Positions 1-10,572 of a DNA stretch of 64,000 nucleotides are shown here, piece by piece. The stretch is from Nitrososphaerota archaeon (lineage in GTDB: Archaea > Thermoproteota > Nitrososphaeria > Nitrososphaerales > Nitrosopumilaceae), in contig JAGWFT010000001.1 of NCBI GenBank assembly GCA_028867755.1, positions 67,457 to 131,456 on the forward strand, written 5' to 3'. Numbering within the stretch: the stretch's first letter is position 1; each line of letters starts with the position of its first letter. The position numbers and the translations under genes are program-made. The notes below the pieces were generated by a model, which saw only the letters and a list, made by a program, of their open reading frames with translations, was not told the DNA's origin and made no database searches.

Positions 1-120
1 AGATCAACAACTATCCGATGACAAGGCAAGACTTACTTCTATAGATCAACAACTATCCGATGACAAGGCAAGACTTACTTCTATAGATCAACAACTATCC
101 GATGACAAGGCAAGACTTAC
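1..120 (+). repeat. Perfect 42-bp tandem repeat (2 full copies plus 36 bp of a third; may continue beyond the window start) encoding DQQLSDDKARLTSI
   Basis: agatcaacaactatccgatgacaaggcaagacttacttctat starts at 1, 43 and 85 (third copy partial). It is in frame with the downstream methyltransferase ORF. Confidence 0.97.
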
Positions 121-1051
121 CGATTTCAAAAAAGAGTTTGTAGAAGCTGAGATTAAACATACGTACGATCATCTTTTACAGAGAGAAGCAAAACTGGAAG
201 AAGTACAACTTTATGCCAATACAATCATGGCTACCAATCTAACAATCAAGTCATTTTATGATGATGTGAAAAATTCTCCTGAATATTTAGGATTAGAATA
301 TGAAAAAGAGATAGCAATACCAGTTTTAATAAAAAAGATGAATGACACAATGAGATATTCAAAAGAGTACGAAAATCAAATTAAAAGGAATCCATCATAT
401 GCTATTTGTTCTATAGATCCTTCAAAAATAGCTTACTATAACCATTTACCAATGAGCGAACGTTTCGATGAATATTTTTGGGTATTGAAGAATCTTGGCA
501 TTAATGGAAAAATTTTAGATGTGGGTTGTTCTGAAAGTATTTTTGCTCAAGAATTAAGTAAGATCAAGACTCTTGATGTGTACGGCATTGATATAAGATC
601 TCCAGAATTTACTCCCAAGTTTAAATTTTTTATAGAAGATGCTACAGCAACTCATTTTAAAGATAAATTCTTTGACATTATAACAATTATTTCCAGTATA
701 GAACATTTTGGTTTAGATTTTTACGGTAATAAAAAAATTGATGAAAACGCCGATCTAAAAACAATGAAAGAATTGAAACGCATACTAAAAGATAATGGAA
801 TTATTTTTTTAACAATACCGTATGGAAGAGAATGGAAATCATGGTATAGGAGATATGACGATATTCGGCTAAAGATACTTATGAAAGATTTTGAGATCTT
901 AGAATTAAAATATCTGAAACAGACTCATATCGGTTGGGAAGAAACTGATTCAGAAGAATCTTTCAAATCAGACGATTCCATATATTATAAAAAACTAGGA
1001 AATCCCGGTGCGGTTGCTTTTATTAAAGCAAAAAAGATCAAACATGCCTAA
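2..1051 (+). CDS. 5'-truncated class I SAM-dependent methyltransferase with an N-terminal coiled-coil repeat region
   Basis: Frame +2 is open from base 2 into the track ORF 227..1051. Motif I ILDVGCSE, then YGIDIR, EDAT and SSIEHFG motifs. Confidence 0.85.
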   Translation, partial: DQQLSDDKARLTSIDQQLSDDKARLTSIDQQLSDDKARLTDFKKEFVEAEIKHTYDHLLQREAKLEEVQLYANTIMATNLTIKSFYDDVKNSPEYLGLEYEKEIAIPVLIKKMNDTMRYSKEYENQIKRNPSYAICSIDPSKIAYYNHLPMSERFDEYFWVLKNLGINGKILDVGCSESIFAQELSKIKTLDVYGIDIRSPEFTPKFKFFIEDATATHFKDKFFDIITIISSIEHFGLDFYGNKKIDENADLKTMKELKRILKDNGIIFLTIPYGREWKSWYRRYDDIRLKILMKDFEILELKYLKQTHIGWEETDSEESFKSDDSIYYKKLGNPGAVAFIKAKKIKHA

Positions 1052-1133
1052 TTTGTATGCATAATTTGTTTCTTAGAGTATAAGATAAAGAATATTAAGT
1101 AATAGTTATAGAGGCTTTGAATTATATTAATTT

Positions 1134-2192
1134 ATGACTCAAAGGATACACCAAATTTTACCCACTATCAGTCCACATGATGCTATTGGAAACGAAGCTA
1201 TTCTTATTCAAAATACTCTCACAAAAATGGGATATGATTCCCAAATATTTGCTGAAAATATTCATACCTCTATGAGTAATGTAAAAAGCATAAATGATTA
1301 TAATAATTCAAACAAAAATGACATATTCATATATCATCATTCCATAGGCTCTGGCCTTCTTGATTTTATTTTATCTTTGAAGTGCAAAATTATAATGATA
1401 TATCATAATATTACACCACCCGAATTTTTTGACGGAACAAATAGTACAATTGCTGATCTTTTACGATTGGGTAGAAAACAACTTGAAATTTTAAAAAATA
1501 AAATTAGTTTAGCAGCAGGTGATTCTGAATTCAATAGACTTGAATTGGAGAAAATTGGTTATGAAAACACAACTGTTCTACCTATATTACTTGATTTCAG
1601 CAAATATCTAATACAACCAGATCAAAGCTTAATTTCTAGATACAGAGATTATATTAATATATTATATGTTGGACGTATAGCTCCAAACAAAAGAGTAGAT
1701 GATGTCATACGATCTTTTGCATATTTTAATCAGAACATAAATCCAAAATCTAATCTATTCATAGTAGGCAGAAGTAACGGTATAGCTGACAGATATCTTG
1801 ATTCGTTGCAATCATTGATAGAGAATGCACAAATAAAAAATGTTCACTTAGTAACTGATGCGGATGATAAAAAATTAGTAAATTTTTACCAGATTGCAAA
1901 CCTATTTGTGACAATGAGCTTGCACGAAGGTTTTTGTGTTCCTTTAGTAGAAAGTATGTATTTTAAAATTCCAATAATAGCCCATAACTCATCTGCAATT
2001 CCATATACTTTAGGAGACAGCGGCATCACGGTTAAGGATGAAACCTATGAAGAGATTGGAGAGCTTTTTGATTTCATATTACTCCACCCAGAACTAAAGA
2101 AAATAATTGAAAAACAAACTAATAGATTTCATTCAATTTATGCTAAAGATAACGAATCTATGATTTCTGATCTGCTACATCTTATTAAATAA
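1134..2192 (+). CDS. GT4 (GT-B) glycosyltransferase
   Basis: YVGRIAPNKRVDD and SLHEGFCVPLVESM (EX7E) motifs. Confidence 0.9.
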   Translation: MTQRIHQILPTISPHDAIGNEAILIQNTLTKMGYDSQIFAENIHTSMSNVKSINDYNNSNKNDIFIYHHSIGSGLLDFILSLKCKIIMIYHNITPPEFFDGTNSTIADLLRLGRKQLEILKNKISLAAGDSEFNRLELEKIGYENTTVLPILLDFSKYLIQPDQSLISRYRDYINILYVGRIAPNKRVDDVIRSFAYFNQNINPKSNLFIVGRSNGIADRYLDSLQSLIENAQIKNVHLVTDADDKKLVNFYQIANLFVTMSLHEGFCVPLVESMYFKIPIIAHNSSAIPYTLGDSGITVKDETYEEIGELFDFILLHPELKKIIEKQTNRFHSIYAKDNESMISDLLHLIK

Positions 2193-2210
2193 AAAACAAA
2201 CTGATTTAAA

Positions 2211-3383
2211 TTGAAATTAGCCTTTATAGTTCAAAGATGCGGAAAAGAAATAATAGGTGGTGCAGAAAGCCTTTGCCTCAATTTAGCTCTGAAACTTTCG
2301 GAATATTTTGAAATCGAAATACTAACTTCATGTGCATTAGATTACATGAGTTGGGAAAATTATTATCCTAGTGGAGTAGAAAAAATAAATGGAATTACCA
2401 TCAGGCGATTCAAAACTGATTTTGTACGCAATGTGTCCAAATTCAATTCAATTTCTGACATGGTACTTGTTGGCCATCATTCTCTTGATGATGAAGAATT
2501 ATGGATGAAGATGCAAGGTCCACATTGTTCTGGACTCATAAACTTTCTAAAGGAAAATAAGGATAATTACGACCTATTCGTCTTTTTCACTTATCTTTAT
2601 GCTACTACCTATTACGGATTACCTATTGTAGCCAACAAAAGTATTCTTATTCCACTAGCACATGATGAACTGCCATTAAAACTTTCAATTTATAATAAGA
2701 TCTTTCAAAATGCAAGAGGTATAATATTTCATACTGAAGAAGAACAAAAATTAATTTTTAATAGATTTGATATTAAAAAAATAAAAAGTAAACTTATTGG
2801 TTATGGCGTGGATGAATTAACTGATATACCATCCGGATTTTCTTTAAAACATGATCTTGCTTTTCCCTATCTCCTTTACGTTGGAAGAATAGATGAATCA
2901 AAAGGTTGTGATGAGTTAATTAGTTTCTTTCTAAAATATAATTCTGAAAATAATTCTCAACTAAAATTAGTTTTAGTCGGTCCAAAGGTATTTGAATTTA
3001 AAAAAAATGAAAATATAGTACATTTAGGTGTTCTAGATGAAAAAGAGAAATCCTATGTTATAAGAAAATCGTTGATATTTGTCATGCCTTCTCGTTATGA
3101 GAGCTTTTCCATAGCAACTATGGAAGCATGGTTGGCAAAAAAACCAGTGTTAGTAAATGCTAAATCTGAGGTATTAAAAGCCCATTGCGAAAAAAGTAAT
3201 GGTGGGCTATATTACGAAACATATGAAGAATTTGTGGAATGTATAAACTTATTTTTGTCTAGTATGTCTCTTCTAAAACAGATGGGAGAAAACGGATTTG
3301 ATTATGTGAAACATAACTATGATTGGAATAACGTCATAAATAATTACCATAATTTTATAAAAGAACTAATCTCAAAACCTTGA
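2211..3383 (+). CDS. GT4 glycosyltransferase
   Basis: GGAE N-terminal motif, YVGRIDESKG, SRYESFSIATMEA. Confidence 0.9.
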   Translation: MKLAFIVQRCGKEIIGGAESLCLNLALKLSEYFEIEILTSCALDYMSWENYYPSGVEKINGITIRRFKTDFVRNVSKFNSISDMVLVGHHSLDDEELWMKMQGPHCSGLINFLKENKDNYDLFVFFTYLYATTYYGLPIVANKSILIPLAHDELPLKLSIYNKIFQNARGIIFHTEEEQKLIFNRFDIKKIKSKLIGYGVDELTDIPSGFSLKHDLAFPYLLYVGRIDESKGCDELISFFLKYNSENNSQLKLVLVGPKVFEFKKNENIVHLGVLDEKEKSYVIRKSLIFVMPSRYESFSIATMEAWLAKKPVLVNAKSEVLKAHCEKSNGGLYYETYEEFVECINLFLSSMSLLKQMGENGFDYVKHNYDWNNVINNYHNFIKELISKP

Positions 3384-3414
3384 TAGATTATTAAGTATGT
3401 GATTAAAATAAAAA

Positions 3415-4614
3415 TTGGATTTCATGAAAAGTGATCTAAAAAATATATTAACATTTGTGATTCCTTGGTACGGAATAGATCTTAATGGTGGAGCAGAGAA
3501 TCTGTGTAGGAGAACGGTTGAGAACTTGGCAAATAATGGTATAACCGTAGAGGTTTTTACAACTTGTTCTAAAGAGTTTCTAAGTGATTGGAGTAGTAAC
3601 TTTTATGATGAGGGAAAATATGATGTTAATGGAATTACAGTAAGAAGATTTTCAGTGGATTCCAGAGATGTATCATTATTTGATTCAATAAATTACAAAT
3701 TAATTAACAGAATTGCCATCACTGAGGAGGAAGAAAGTCAATTTTTTAAAAACAATATTAATAGTCATCAGATGATGTCGTCTATTCTAAAAGAAAAAGA
3801 TAAGAGGATCTACATCTTTCTGCCGTACTTGTATGGTACTACATTTTTTGGTGTACAGATTTGTCCAGAAAAATCATTAATGATTCCATGTCTTCATGAT
3901 GAAAGCTACGCATATATGAAAATCTTTAAAAAAGCTATAACTAATGTGAAAGGTCTAATTTTTAACTCCACTCCAGAAAAATTACTGGCAGAAAAAATTT
4001 ATGGAAAAATACCCCCAAATCAGGTTCTTGGGATAGGGGTAGATGATATTTCTGGCTGTAATCCTGAAAAATTCAAGAATAAACATAAGTTAGAAAAATT
4101 CCTTCTTTACACTGGCAGAAAAGATCCTCAGAAGAATTTGCATACACTAATTGACTATTTTTGTAAATATATGGATAGAAATGGACCAAAATTTGATCTT
4201 GTTTTAACAGGTTCTGGTGAAATAAAAATACCAAGCAAATATTCAAATCACATAAAAAGCCTGTTTTTGTCAAAAGAAGATCTTAATGACGCCTATTCTG
4301 CTGCCTTTCTGACCTGTCAACCGTCATTGAATGAGAGTTTTTCATTTTCCATTATGGAATCGTGGTTATGTTCTACACCAGTATTGGTACATGGAAATTG
4401 TGCTGTTACTACCGATCATTGTATAAAAAGCAATGGAGGTTTGTACTTTACTAACTATGAGGAATTTGAGGAATGTATAAATTATTTTCTTGAAAATCCA
4501 GACGAAAGTAAAATTATGGCTTTGAACGGAAAGAATTATGTTTTAAACAATTTTGAATGGAAGAAAATAGTCGATAAGTACATTAGTTTTATCACTAAAC
4601 TATTTTTAACTTGA
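3415..4614 (+). CDS. GT4 glycosyltransferase, paralog of the preceding gene (likely start ATG 3424)
   Basis: GGAE, YTGRKDPQKN, SLNESFSFSIMES. Shares NGITxRRF and KSNGGLY...YEEFxECIN with 2211..3383. Confidence 0.9.
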   Translation: MDFMKSDLKNILTFVIPWYGIDLNGGAENLCRRTVENLANNGITVEVFTTCSKEFLSDWSSNFYDEGKYDVNGITVRRFSVDSRDVSLFDSINYKLINRIAITEEEESQFFKNNINSHQMMSSILKEKDKRIYIFLPYLYGTTFFGVQICPEKSLMIPCLHDESYAYMKIFKKAITNVKGLIFNSTPEKLLAEKIYGKIPPNQVLGIGVDDISGCNPEKFKNKHKLEKFLLYTGRKDPQKNLHTLIDYFCKYMDRNGPKFDLVLTGSGEIKIPSKYSNHIKSLFLSKEDLNDAYSAAFLTCQPSLNESFSFSIMESWLCSTPVLVHGNCAVTTDHCIKSNGGLYFTNYEEFEECINYFLENPDESKIMALNGKNYVLNNFEWKKIVDKYISFITKLFLT

Positions 4615-4674
4615 AAAATCATTTCAAGTCTGATGTACCCTAATAGGTTTGACATCATAAGGAAAAATATATCC

Positions 4675-6315
4675 TTATTTTCTAATTAGAAAATCATTAA
4701 TGATTAATGCATCAAGATCAGAATTTGTAAAAGTGAGGAGTGCATTAGTGGGGCTTTCAACCATTGGTTCGCCAGCAAGATTAAAGGAGGTATTCAAAAT
4801 AATGCCTCCTGCTCCCTTCACTACATCATAAAAGGAGGGATTAATAGATTTTTCAAGTATTTGTGGCCTGCAAGTTTTATCTATGTGACAAACAGCGGGT
4901 GCTTCTTCCGAATTATTCATTCTAAATCCTAAAATCATATAAGGTGCATCAGTGGGATCATTGAGGTAGTAGGATCTCTTTTGATCTATTATTGTAGGGC
5001 AAAATGGTCTCCATAATTCTCTTTTCTTCACTTTTTCATTTACTATATTTTTATACCTAATGTCATTCGCAAGAGAAAGAATGCTTCTATTTCCTAGAGC
5101 TCTCTGACCCAATTCAGACCTTCCTTGAAACCAGCCCAAGACATTTCCTTTCCTAAGCAATTCAATTGCCATTTGTACTTTATCAACTCGTTCATATTTG
5201 AAATTCCATTTCTTTAATGAAGCTATAACCTCATCATTACCATAATCTGGTCCAAGATACAAGGTACTCTTGGGGAAAGAAATATTCCTACCTGTCACTT
5301 GGTAGTAATCTTCAAAAACTACTCCAAGGGCATTGCCTAAGTCACTGCTCACAGGATTAAAAAAAATACTATAATTATTACCTAACTGTTCTCTAATTTT
5401 CAGATTCATAATCATGTTCATGAATACCCCACCAGTTAACACTACATTTTTTTGGTGTGTAAGTTCTACGGCATTAATCACAAGATCGACTACTATCTCT
5501 TCTAATCTTTTTTGTGCAGCCCATGCAATAATCTCGTTTTTGAATAGCTTGTTTATCGAATTTATTCGTTCATCAGCACAGTAAATTAGCTGAGTATTGT
5601 GAATATATCTAATAATTAGTTCCTTAATACCACCATTAAGATATTCAAGACCTTTGAAAGTAGGAAAAATTTCTTTTGCATATTGGTATGCTTTATTTTT
5701 CACATCCTCCGGCTCTTTTTCACCATACGCTGCAAGACTCATTGTTTTTCCCTCACCATCCTGCATACGAAAACCACACGTTTGTGTTAATATCCCATAC
5801 GCAAATCCTAACGAAGCATGTATGGGGAAAATTATAACTGGTTCTATTTCTCCACCATTTGCGACAAAAATACCTCCGCAATTTGCTTTTCCATCATCTT
5901 GTCCCCCGCCATCAAGAGAGATTATAACAGCGCTGTTAAAACCACTTAAAGAATATCCAGTTCGTGCATGAATATACTGATGATTATAAAAAATTGGATT
6001 TTTATTCTCGATTAAAGTTTTTTTAAATCGAGTATCAGATTTGGCAGTAGATGAAAATCTTTGTTTATTTGGCTTTTCAATCAATTCATCTTGCAGGCCA
6101 AATCCAACTACCACTCTGTCTACATCAGATAAAGTTATGCCGCATTCATTTAAACAAAATTGTATTGCATTTGATGGGTAACCACCATCATGTTTAATTC
6201 TACTAAATCGCTCTTCGCTAACTGCAGAACGAAGTATGCCATCTTGTAATAGAGCTACTGTAGTATCATGACCTATTGGAGATGGTTCAAGATGACTTAA
6301 ACCCAAAATTATCAT
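4675..6315 (-). CDS. Carbamoyltransferase (NodU/CmcH/TobZ family)
   Basis: HD...EERFSRIKH, DGGG, GWFQGRSELGQRALGNRSIL, RELWRPF and LNTSFN motifs. Confidence 0.93.
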   Translation of the reverse strand: MIILGLSHLEPSPIGHDTTVALLQDGILRSAVSEERFSRIKHDGGYPSNAIQFCLNECGITLSDVDRVVVGFGLQDELIEKPNKQRFSSTAKSDTRFKKTLIENKNPIFYNHQYIHARTGYSLSGFNSAVIISLDGGGQDDGKANCGGIFVANGGEIEPVIIFPIHASLGFAYGILTQTCGFRMQDGEGKTMSLAAYGEKEPEDVKNKAYQYAKEIFPTFKGLEYLNGGIKELIIRYIHNTQLIYCADERINSINKLFKNEIIAWAAQKRLEEIVVDLVINAVELTHQKNVVLTGGVFMNMIMNLKIREQLGNNYSIFFNPVSSDLGNALGVVFEDYYQVTGRNISFPKSTLYLGPDYGNDEVIASLKKWNFKYERVDKVQMAIELLRKGNVLGWFQGRSELGQRALGNRSILSLANDIRYKNIVNEKVKKRELWRPFCPTIIDQKRSYYLNDPTDAPYMILGFRMNNSEEAPAVCHIDKTCRPQILEKSINPSFYDVVKGAGGIILNTSFNLAGEPMVESPTNALLTFTNSDLDALIINDFLIRK

Positions 6316-6497
6316 TCATTCAATAGTCATTATGAAGGTCAATTTAACTCAATTACCTATTAATTAATGTTCAAGAATCACGATTTAAGGTAAATTTTAA
6401 TATTTTAAGTCAAATAATTATTTTTTATATTAAAATCAAATAATATATGTATCAAGAAAAGAATTACTTTTAAGTACGTTACATTTGTTTAAAACGA

Positions 6498-7727
6498 ATG
6501 ACTGTCACAGAAAAAAATTCCTTTGAGAAGCCTAGGTATCCCATATTTAGTATTGTTTCTATTGTTTTAGTTATCTTTCTAATCATTAGGTTTGCCTTTA
6601 CTGACAGCCCGGTCAACGTGATACTCTTGGTATTGATCACGTTCTTAGTATTCATGTTTGTTTCGTTAATTTTTAAAAGACATAGGTTTGTTGAATTAGT
6701 TCAAGTATTTTACGTATTAGCATTAGGTATTTTCCTAAAATTTTATAGTATACAGATGCCAAGTGGTAATGATGTTTTTTGGGGCGGACAAGAAGCTGCA
6801 AAGTATCTGTTGAATGGAACCAATATTTATAATGCAACGTATTATGTCTATAATAATCCTGTTTGGGCAGGAGTGCCATTCAAAGTATATACTTATCTTC
6901 CTGGTACCACGATCTTTGAGGCTCTGTTTTACTCGATTTTTGCTGATATAAGATATGCAATTATGTTTGCGGATACTGGTATAGCGATTTTATTGTATTT
7001 GATCATAAGAAAAAAGAATGAGGATTATGGACGTGCAGCCATGTCTTTTTATCTTCTTGCAATGGCTTTAACTTTTGTCGCTCCTAGTAGAGTCTTTGAT
7101 ACTAGGATATCTGATGGGTTAACTGATCCTATATGGTGTGTTATGTTATTATCTGCCATATACCTCTCTATGAAAAATCAAAAACTCGCTGCTGCCATAT
7201 TCGTTGGTTACGCATTAGCTACTAAACAATTTGCAATTTTGTTTTTTATTCCAATTGCAATACTATGGTTAAAAAAAGATGTGAATTTCAAGCGGGATTA
7301 TAGATCTATCGTAATATCTGTCGGAGTGGCTACAGCTATCATCCTTCCCTTTTTCCTCTGGTCGCCTTCTAATTTTGTTAATGGCACAATGACTTCTCTT
7401 CCGAGTCAAGGTATAGCAATAAGTTTAGGTCAACCTCAATGGAATATGTCCATACCGGCACAAATGACTTTTTTTGGAATAAACATAGGAGTCAGAATAA
7501 CTCATATCATACAAATAGCTGTTATTGGAGGACTACTAGTAGCATTAAGAAATAAGATAACAAACATATTCTCAGCCACCCTTGTCTTTGTGGTCATATA
7601 CACTATATTTTTGTCCTTTAACAATTTTACCCAGTATTTTTATTGGCTTTCTATAATCCCTTACATTTTAATTGCGTTTTCACATAGTTTCACAGATTAT
7701 GTAAAGAAGGATGATAATCACTCGTAA
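6498..7727 (+). CDS. Polytopic GT-C-type glycosyltransferase (GT87/DUF2029-like)
   Basis: Many TM segments; first loop GNDVF...YTYLPG; D-P-I-W and ATKQFA motifs typical of GT87-like proteins. Confidence 0.65.
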   Translation: MTVTEKNSFEKPRYPIFSIVSIVLVIFLIIRFAFTDSPVNVILLVLITFLVFMFVSLIFKRHRFVELVQVFYVLALGIFLKFYSIQMPSGNDVFWGGQEAAKYLLNGTNIYNATYYVYNNPVWAGVPFKVYTYLPGTTIFEALFYSIFADIRYAIMFADTGIAILLYLIIRKKNEDYGRAAMSFYLLAMALTFVAPSRVFDTRISDGLTDPIWCVMLLSAIYLSMKNQKLAAAIFVGYALATKQFAILFFIPIAILWLKKDVNFKRDYRSIVISVGVATAIILPFFLWSPSNFVNGTMTSLPSQGIAISLGQPQWNMSIPAQMTFFGINIGVRITHIIQIAVIGGLLVALRNKITNIFSATLVFVVIYTIFLSFNNFTQYFYWLSIIPYILIAFSHSFTDYVKKDDNHS

Positions 7728-7875
7728 AGTTAACTCAAATTATATTTTCACGTCACCATGAAAAAAAATTGCCAAGAACTTGTAGTAGATTAAGCTGCAA
7801 TAGAAGTGTAACAAAAGGTATTCATGTCATAAACATGATAAGACATATTTACTACCATGATTAACCACAGCCTTA

Positions 7876-9429
7876 TTGCTGAAAAAAACGCAAATTGATT
7901 ACAAAATTTACATAATTCCCATAGTGTTGTTTTGTGTGTCATATATCATATACTCCTTTAATCTAGTAGGTCAACCATGGCATGGTGATGAGCTCATGTT
8001 TTTAGGATCGGGCGGAGAATATTTCAATCTGATTTTAGAGGGAAATTTTTCTAGTCCTTGTTGGAATGATTATCCTCACTGTAATCTTTTATATCCTTTT
8101 CCAGGTGCATGGAATCTGAATCATAGTCCTGTCAGAGATTTTTTTATTGGATTAAGTAGAACTATAACAACAGGACATAATGATGGAGATTTCTATATCT
8201 GGTCATGTATCTGGAATTCATGTTGGGATGCTTCAAAAATGCCATCTCCACAAGTTTTCGCAGCAGCAAGTTTTCTTTCATCAATCTTTGGGGCATTAGC
8301 AGTAGTATGTGCGTATGGCATAGGAAAAGTCCTATATTCTAGGATGGCTGGATTGTTTTTTTCATTAATTTTGTTGTTTAATAGCATGTGGTTATGGAAT
8401 AGTAGAGGAATTATGCAAGAAATATATCTCGGATTTTTTAGTTTGTTGTGTTTATTTTTACTTTTTTACTCGTTCAAAAATGAAACAACGAAAAAATGGA
8501 CTTTTGTTCTTAGTGCTGTCGTTTTAGGTCTATTATTCAATATAAAACTAATTTCAATTTATTTATTACCATTAATACTAACTACGATTTTATTAAGAGT
8601 GCCTCACAACAAACAATTCCCATATTTAACCAGCCTACCATCTAGAAAATCAATCTTACTACTGATGTTATTTGTAAGTGTGTCACTAGCAACAACCTAT
8701 GCAACGGAACCAAGCTATTGGAAGGATGTAACATATCCTATATCGGATATAGTAAAAGGTTTTCGCGTACATTACCCATTTTTTTCAGCTCCTTCTCTTG
8801 ATAATAACAACTTGTTTACAACTTTAGCAACCATACATTCTACAATTATACCATATTTTGTAAATTACTATGATCAGCCTAATAAGTCTGCCCCGAATTT
8901 GAGTTGGAATGCTCCTGGTACTTATTCGAGTATACCTGTTATGATCTTTTTTATGGTTGGCATAGTATATCTCTGCATCAGATTCAAAACAAAAAAGGCA
9001 ACCTATGCAGAATTTTTAATGACTGTTTGGGTATCTAGCATTTTTGTACTTTCTTCTTTGACAATAGTTGACTTTCAGATGGAACGATACTATCTTCTCC
9101 TCCTATTTCCCATCATGCTCGTTTCAGCATATGGCGTATGGAGGTTTCTAGAACGTCTAGACAAGAAAATTCATCTTGTTCTTTTTGGTAGTTTTCTTAT
9201 TTCCCATATTTTGACTACAATGGTATTTTGGAAGTACATTTACTTTTCCACAGGAGTACGATGGCTCAACCCGCTTGGTGTCAATCTTCAATCAGCACTA
9301 CAACATAAATCTGTGATTATCTCAAGTATTATTTTTGTAATAATATTCATAATAATTCTCTCATATAAGGTCAGAATCAATGCTAGATCAAGAACAAAAG
9401 ATCAAGCGCAATATCAACAACCTTCTTAG
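7876..9429 (+). CDS. Polytopic GT-C glycosyltransferase (ArnT/PMT-like)
   Basis: WHGDE acidic motif after TM1, a large external loop, then many TMs with NIK and ERYYL motifs. Confidence 0.7.
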   Translation: MLKKTQIDYKIYIIPIVLFCVSYIIYSFNLVGQPWHGDELMFLGSGGEYFNLILEGNFSSPCWNDYPHCNLLYPFPGAWNLNHSPVRDFFIGLSRTITTGHNDGDFYIWSCIWNSCWDASKMPSPQVFAAASFLSSIFGALAVVCAYGIGKVLYSRMAGLFFSLILLFNSMWLWNSRGIMQEIYLGFFSLLCLFLLFYSFKNETTKKWTFVLSAVVLGLLFNIKLISIYLLPLILTTILLRVPHNKQFPYLTSLPSRKSILLLMLFVSVSLATTYATEPSYWKDVTYPISDIVKGFRVHYPFFSAPSLDNNNLFTTLATIHSTIIPYFVNYYDQPNKSAPNLSWNAPGTYSSIPVMIFFMVGIVYLCIRFKTKKATYAEFLMTVWVSSIFVLSSLTIVDFQMERYYLLLLFPIMLVSAYGVWRFLERLDKKIHLVLFGSFLISHILTTMVFWKYIYFSTGVRWLNPLGVNLQSALQHKSVIISSIIFVIIFIIILSYKVRINARSRTKDQAQYQQPS

Positions 9430-9439
9430 GATGGAGTCA

Positions 9440-9460
9440 TTGGAGGGTTCAGTCCTCCAA
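9440..9460 (+). terminator. Short hairpin ttggagg-gttcagt-cctccaa, 10 nt after the GT-C stop
   Basis: Perfect 7-bp inverted repeat with a 7-nt loop. A terminator role is inferred from position only. Confidence 0.3.
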
Positions 9461-9636
9461 CCTAGTTTGCAGCTCATATCAAAAGTTATTACTTTGGATA
9501 ATGTAATTAAAATAATAAAACGATCAAAGCATCATATATACTTTAACAAGACTCAGATTAAGTTTTGGAGGAATTCTCAAGATGGTTAAGATAAACTACG
9601 ATACGCTTATACTAAAATATACTTTCAATTAGTTGA

Positions 9637-10572
9637 TTGAACTCAAATAAGATAATACTTGTATCTATATTTGTTGTCGTTGTATATGCAATAATTATTT
9701 CATTATCTGATACCAAATTATTTCTCACAAAATTTTCTACTGTAAATATCAAATATCTATTGATTGCATTAGGATTTTTTTCTTTGGGCTATTTTGTAAG
9801 ATCCTTTAGGTGGATAGAAATGTTGAGATTTATGAAGATCAAAATTCCAGTTTTAAAAAATATCATAATTTACTTTACTGGTTATGCTTTTTCACTTACT
9901 CCAGGAAAAGTGGGAGAAGGAATACGCTCAAAATATCTAAAGGACAGCTTTGAAGTTTCTATCACAAGATCTCTACCCACAGTTTTAGCGGAAAGATATT
10001 ATGATGTCATTGGAGTTATTGCAATAATTTTCATCACTGTAGGGTTAACACAGACAGGGAGTTTCATGGTATATGCTGGCATTGCACTTTTGGTGTTCTT
10101 CTACTTTTCAGTAAGAAAGAAAATTGCTTTGAAGCTACTTTCGCCTTTGAATAGGGTCAAGAGGCTTCAGGCAATACAACATAATCTAATCGAATCGGTT
10201 GAGGTTCTTGAAACTCTATTGAAGCCAAAGATATTCGTACAATGTTCTTTTCTGACCATTGTATCTTGGATGGCAGAAGCTGTTGGGGCTTACTTTGTCT
10301 TTAAGAGCTTTCACTTGGAGTTTGGCATTCTGAAGGGGGCGTTTGACTATGTGACAACGTCGCTTGCTGGTGCTGCTACATTGCTGCCAGGAGGCGTAGG
10401 TGGAACCGAGGCAAGTCTCATAGGTCTTTTACTATTACAGGGTCATAGCTATGACGATATACTTGGAGCAGTTCTCATGATTAGATTCTTCGCGCTATGG
10501 TATGTCATAATAATAGGAATTGTTTTTACATCAATCTATAAGATGAACCAGAGGAGGTATATCTCCAAATGA
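9637..10572 (+). CDS. Flippase-like membrane protein (lysylphosphatidylglycerol synthase TM / UPF0104 family)
   Basis: RSFRW, TPGKVGEGIR, ERYYD and PGGVGGTEA motifs. Stop overlaps the next ATG (ATGA). Confidence 0.85.
   Translation: MNSNKIILVSIFVVVVYAIIISLSDTKLFLTKFSTVNIKYLLIALGFFSLGYFVRSFRWIEMLRFMKIKIPVLKNIIIYFTGYAFSLTPGKVGEGIRSKYLKDSFEVSITRSLPTVLAERYYDVIGVIAIIFITVGLTQTGSFMVYAGIALLVFFYFSVRKKIALKLLSPLNRVKRLQAIQHNLIESVEVLETLLKPKIFVQCSFLTIVSWMAEAVGAYFVFKSFHLEFGILKGAFDYVTTSLAGAATLLPGGVGGTEASLIGLLLLQGHSYDDILGAVLMIRFFALWYVIIIGIVFTSIYKMNQRRYISK

Noticed and set aside
1-120. 42-bp repeat as a CRISPR or non-coding VNTR
   Set aside because: The units are contiguous with no spacers and read in frame into the methyltransferase.
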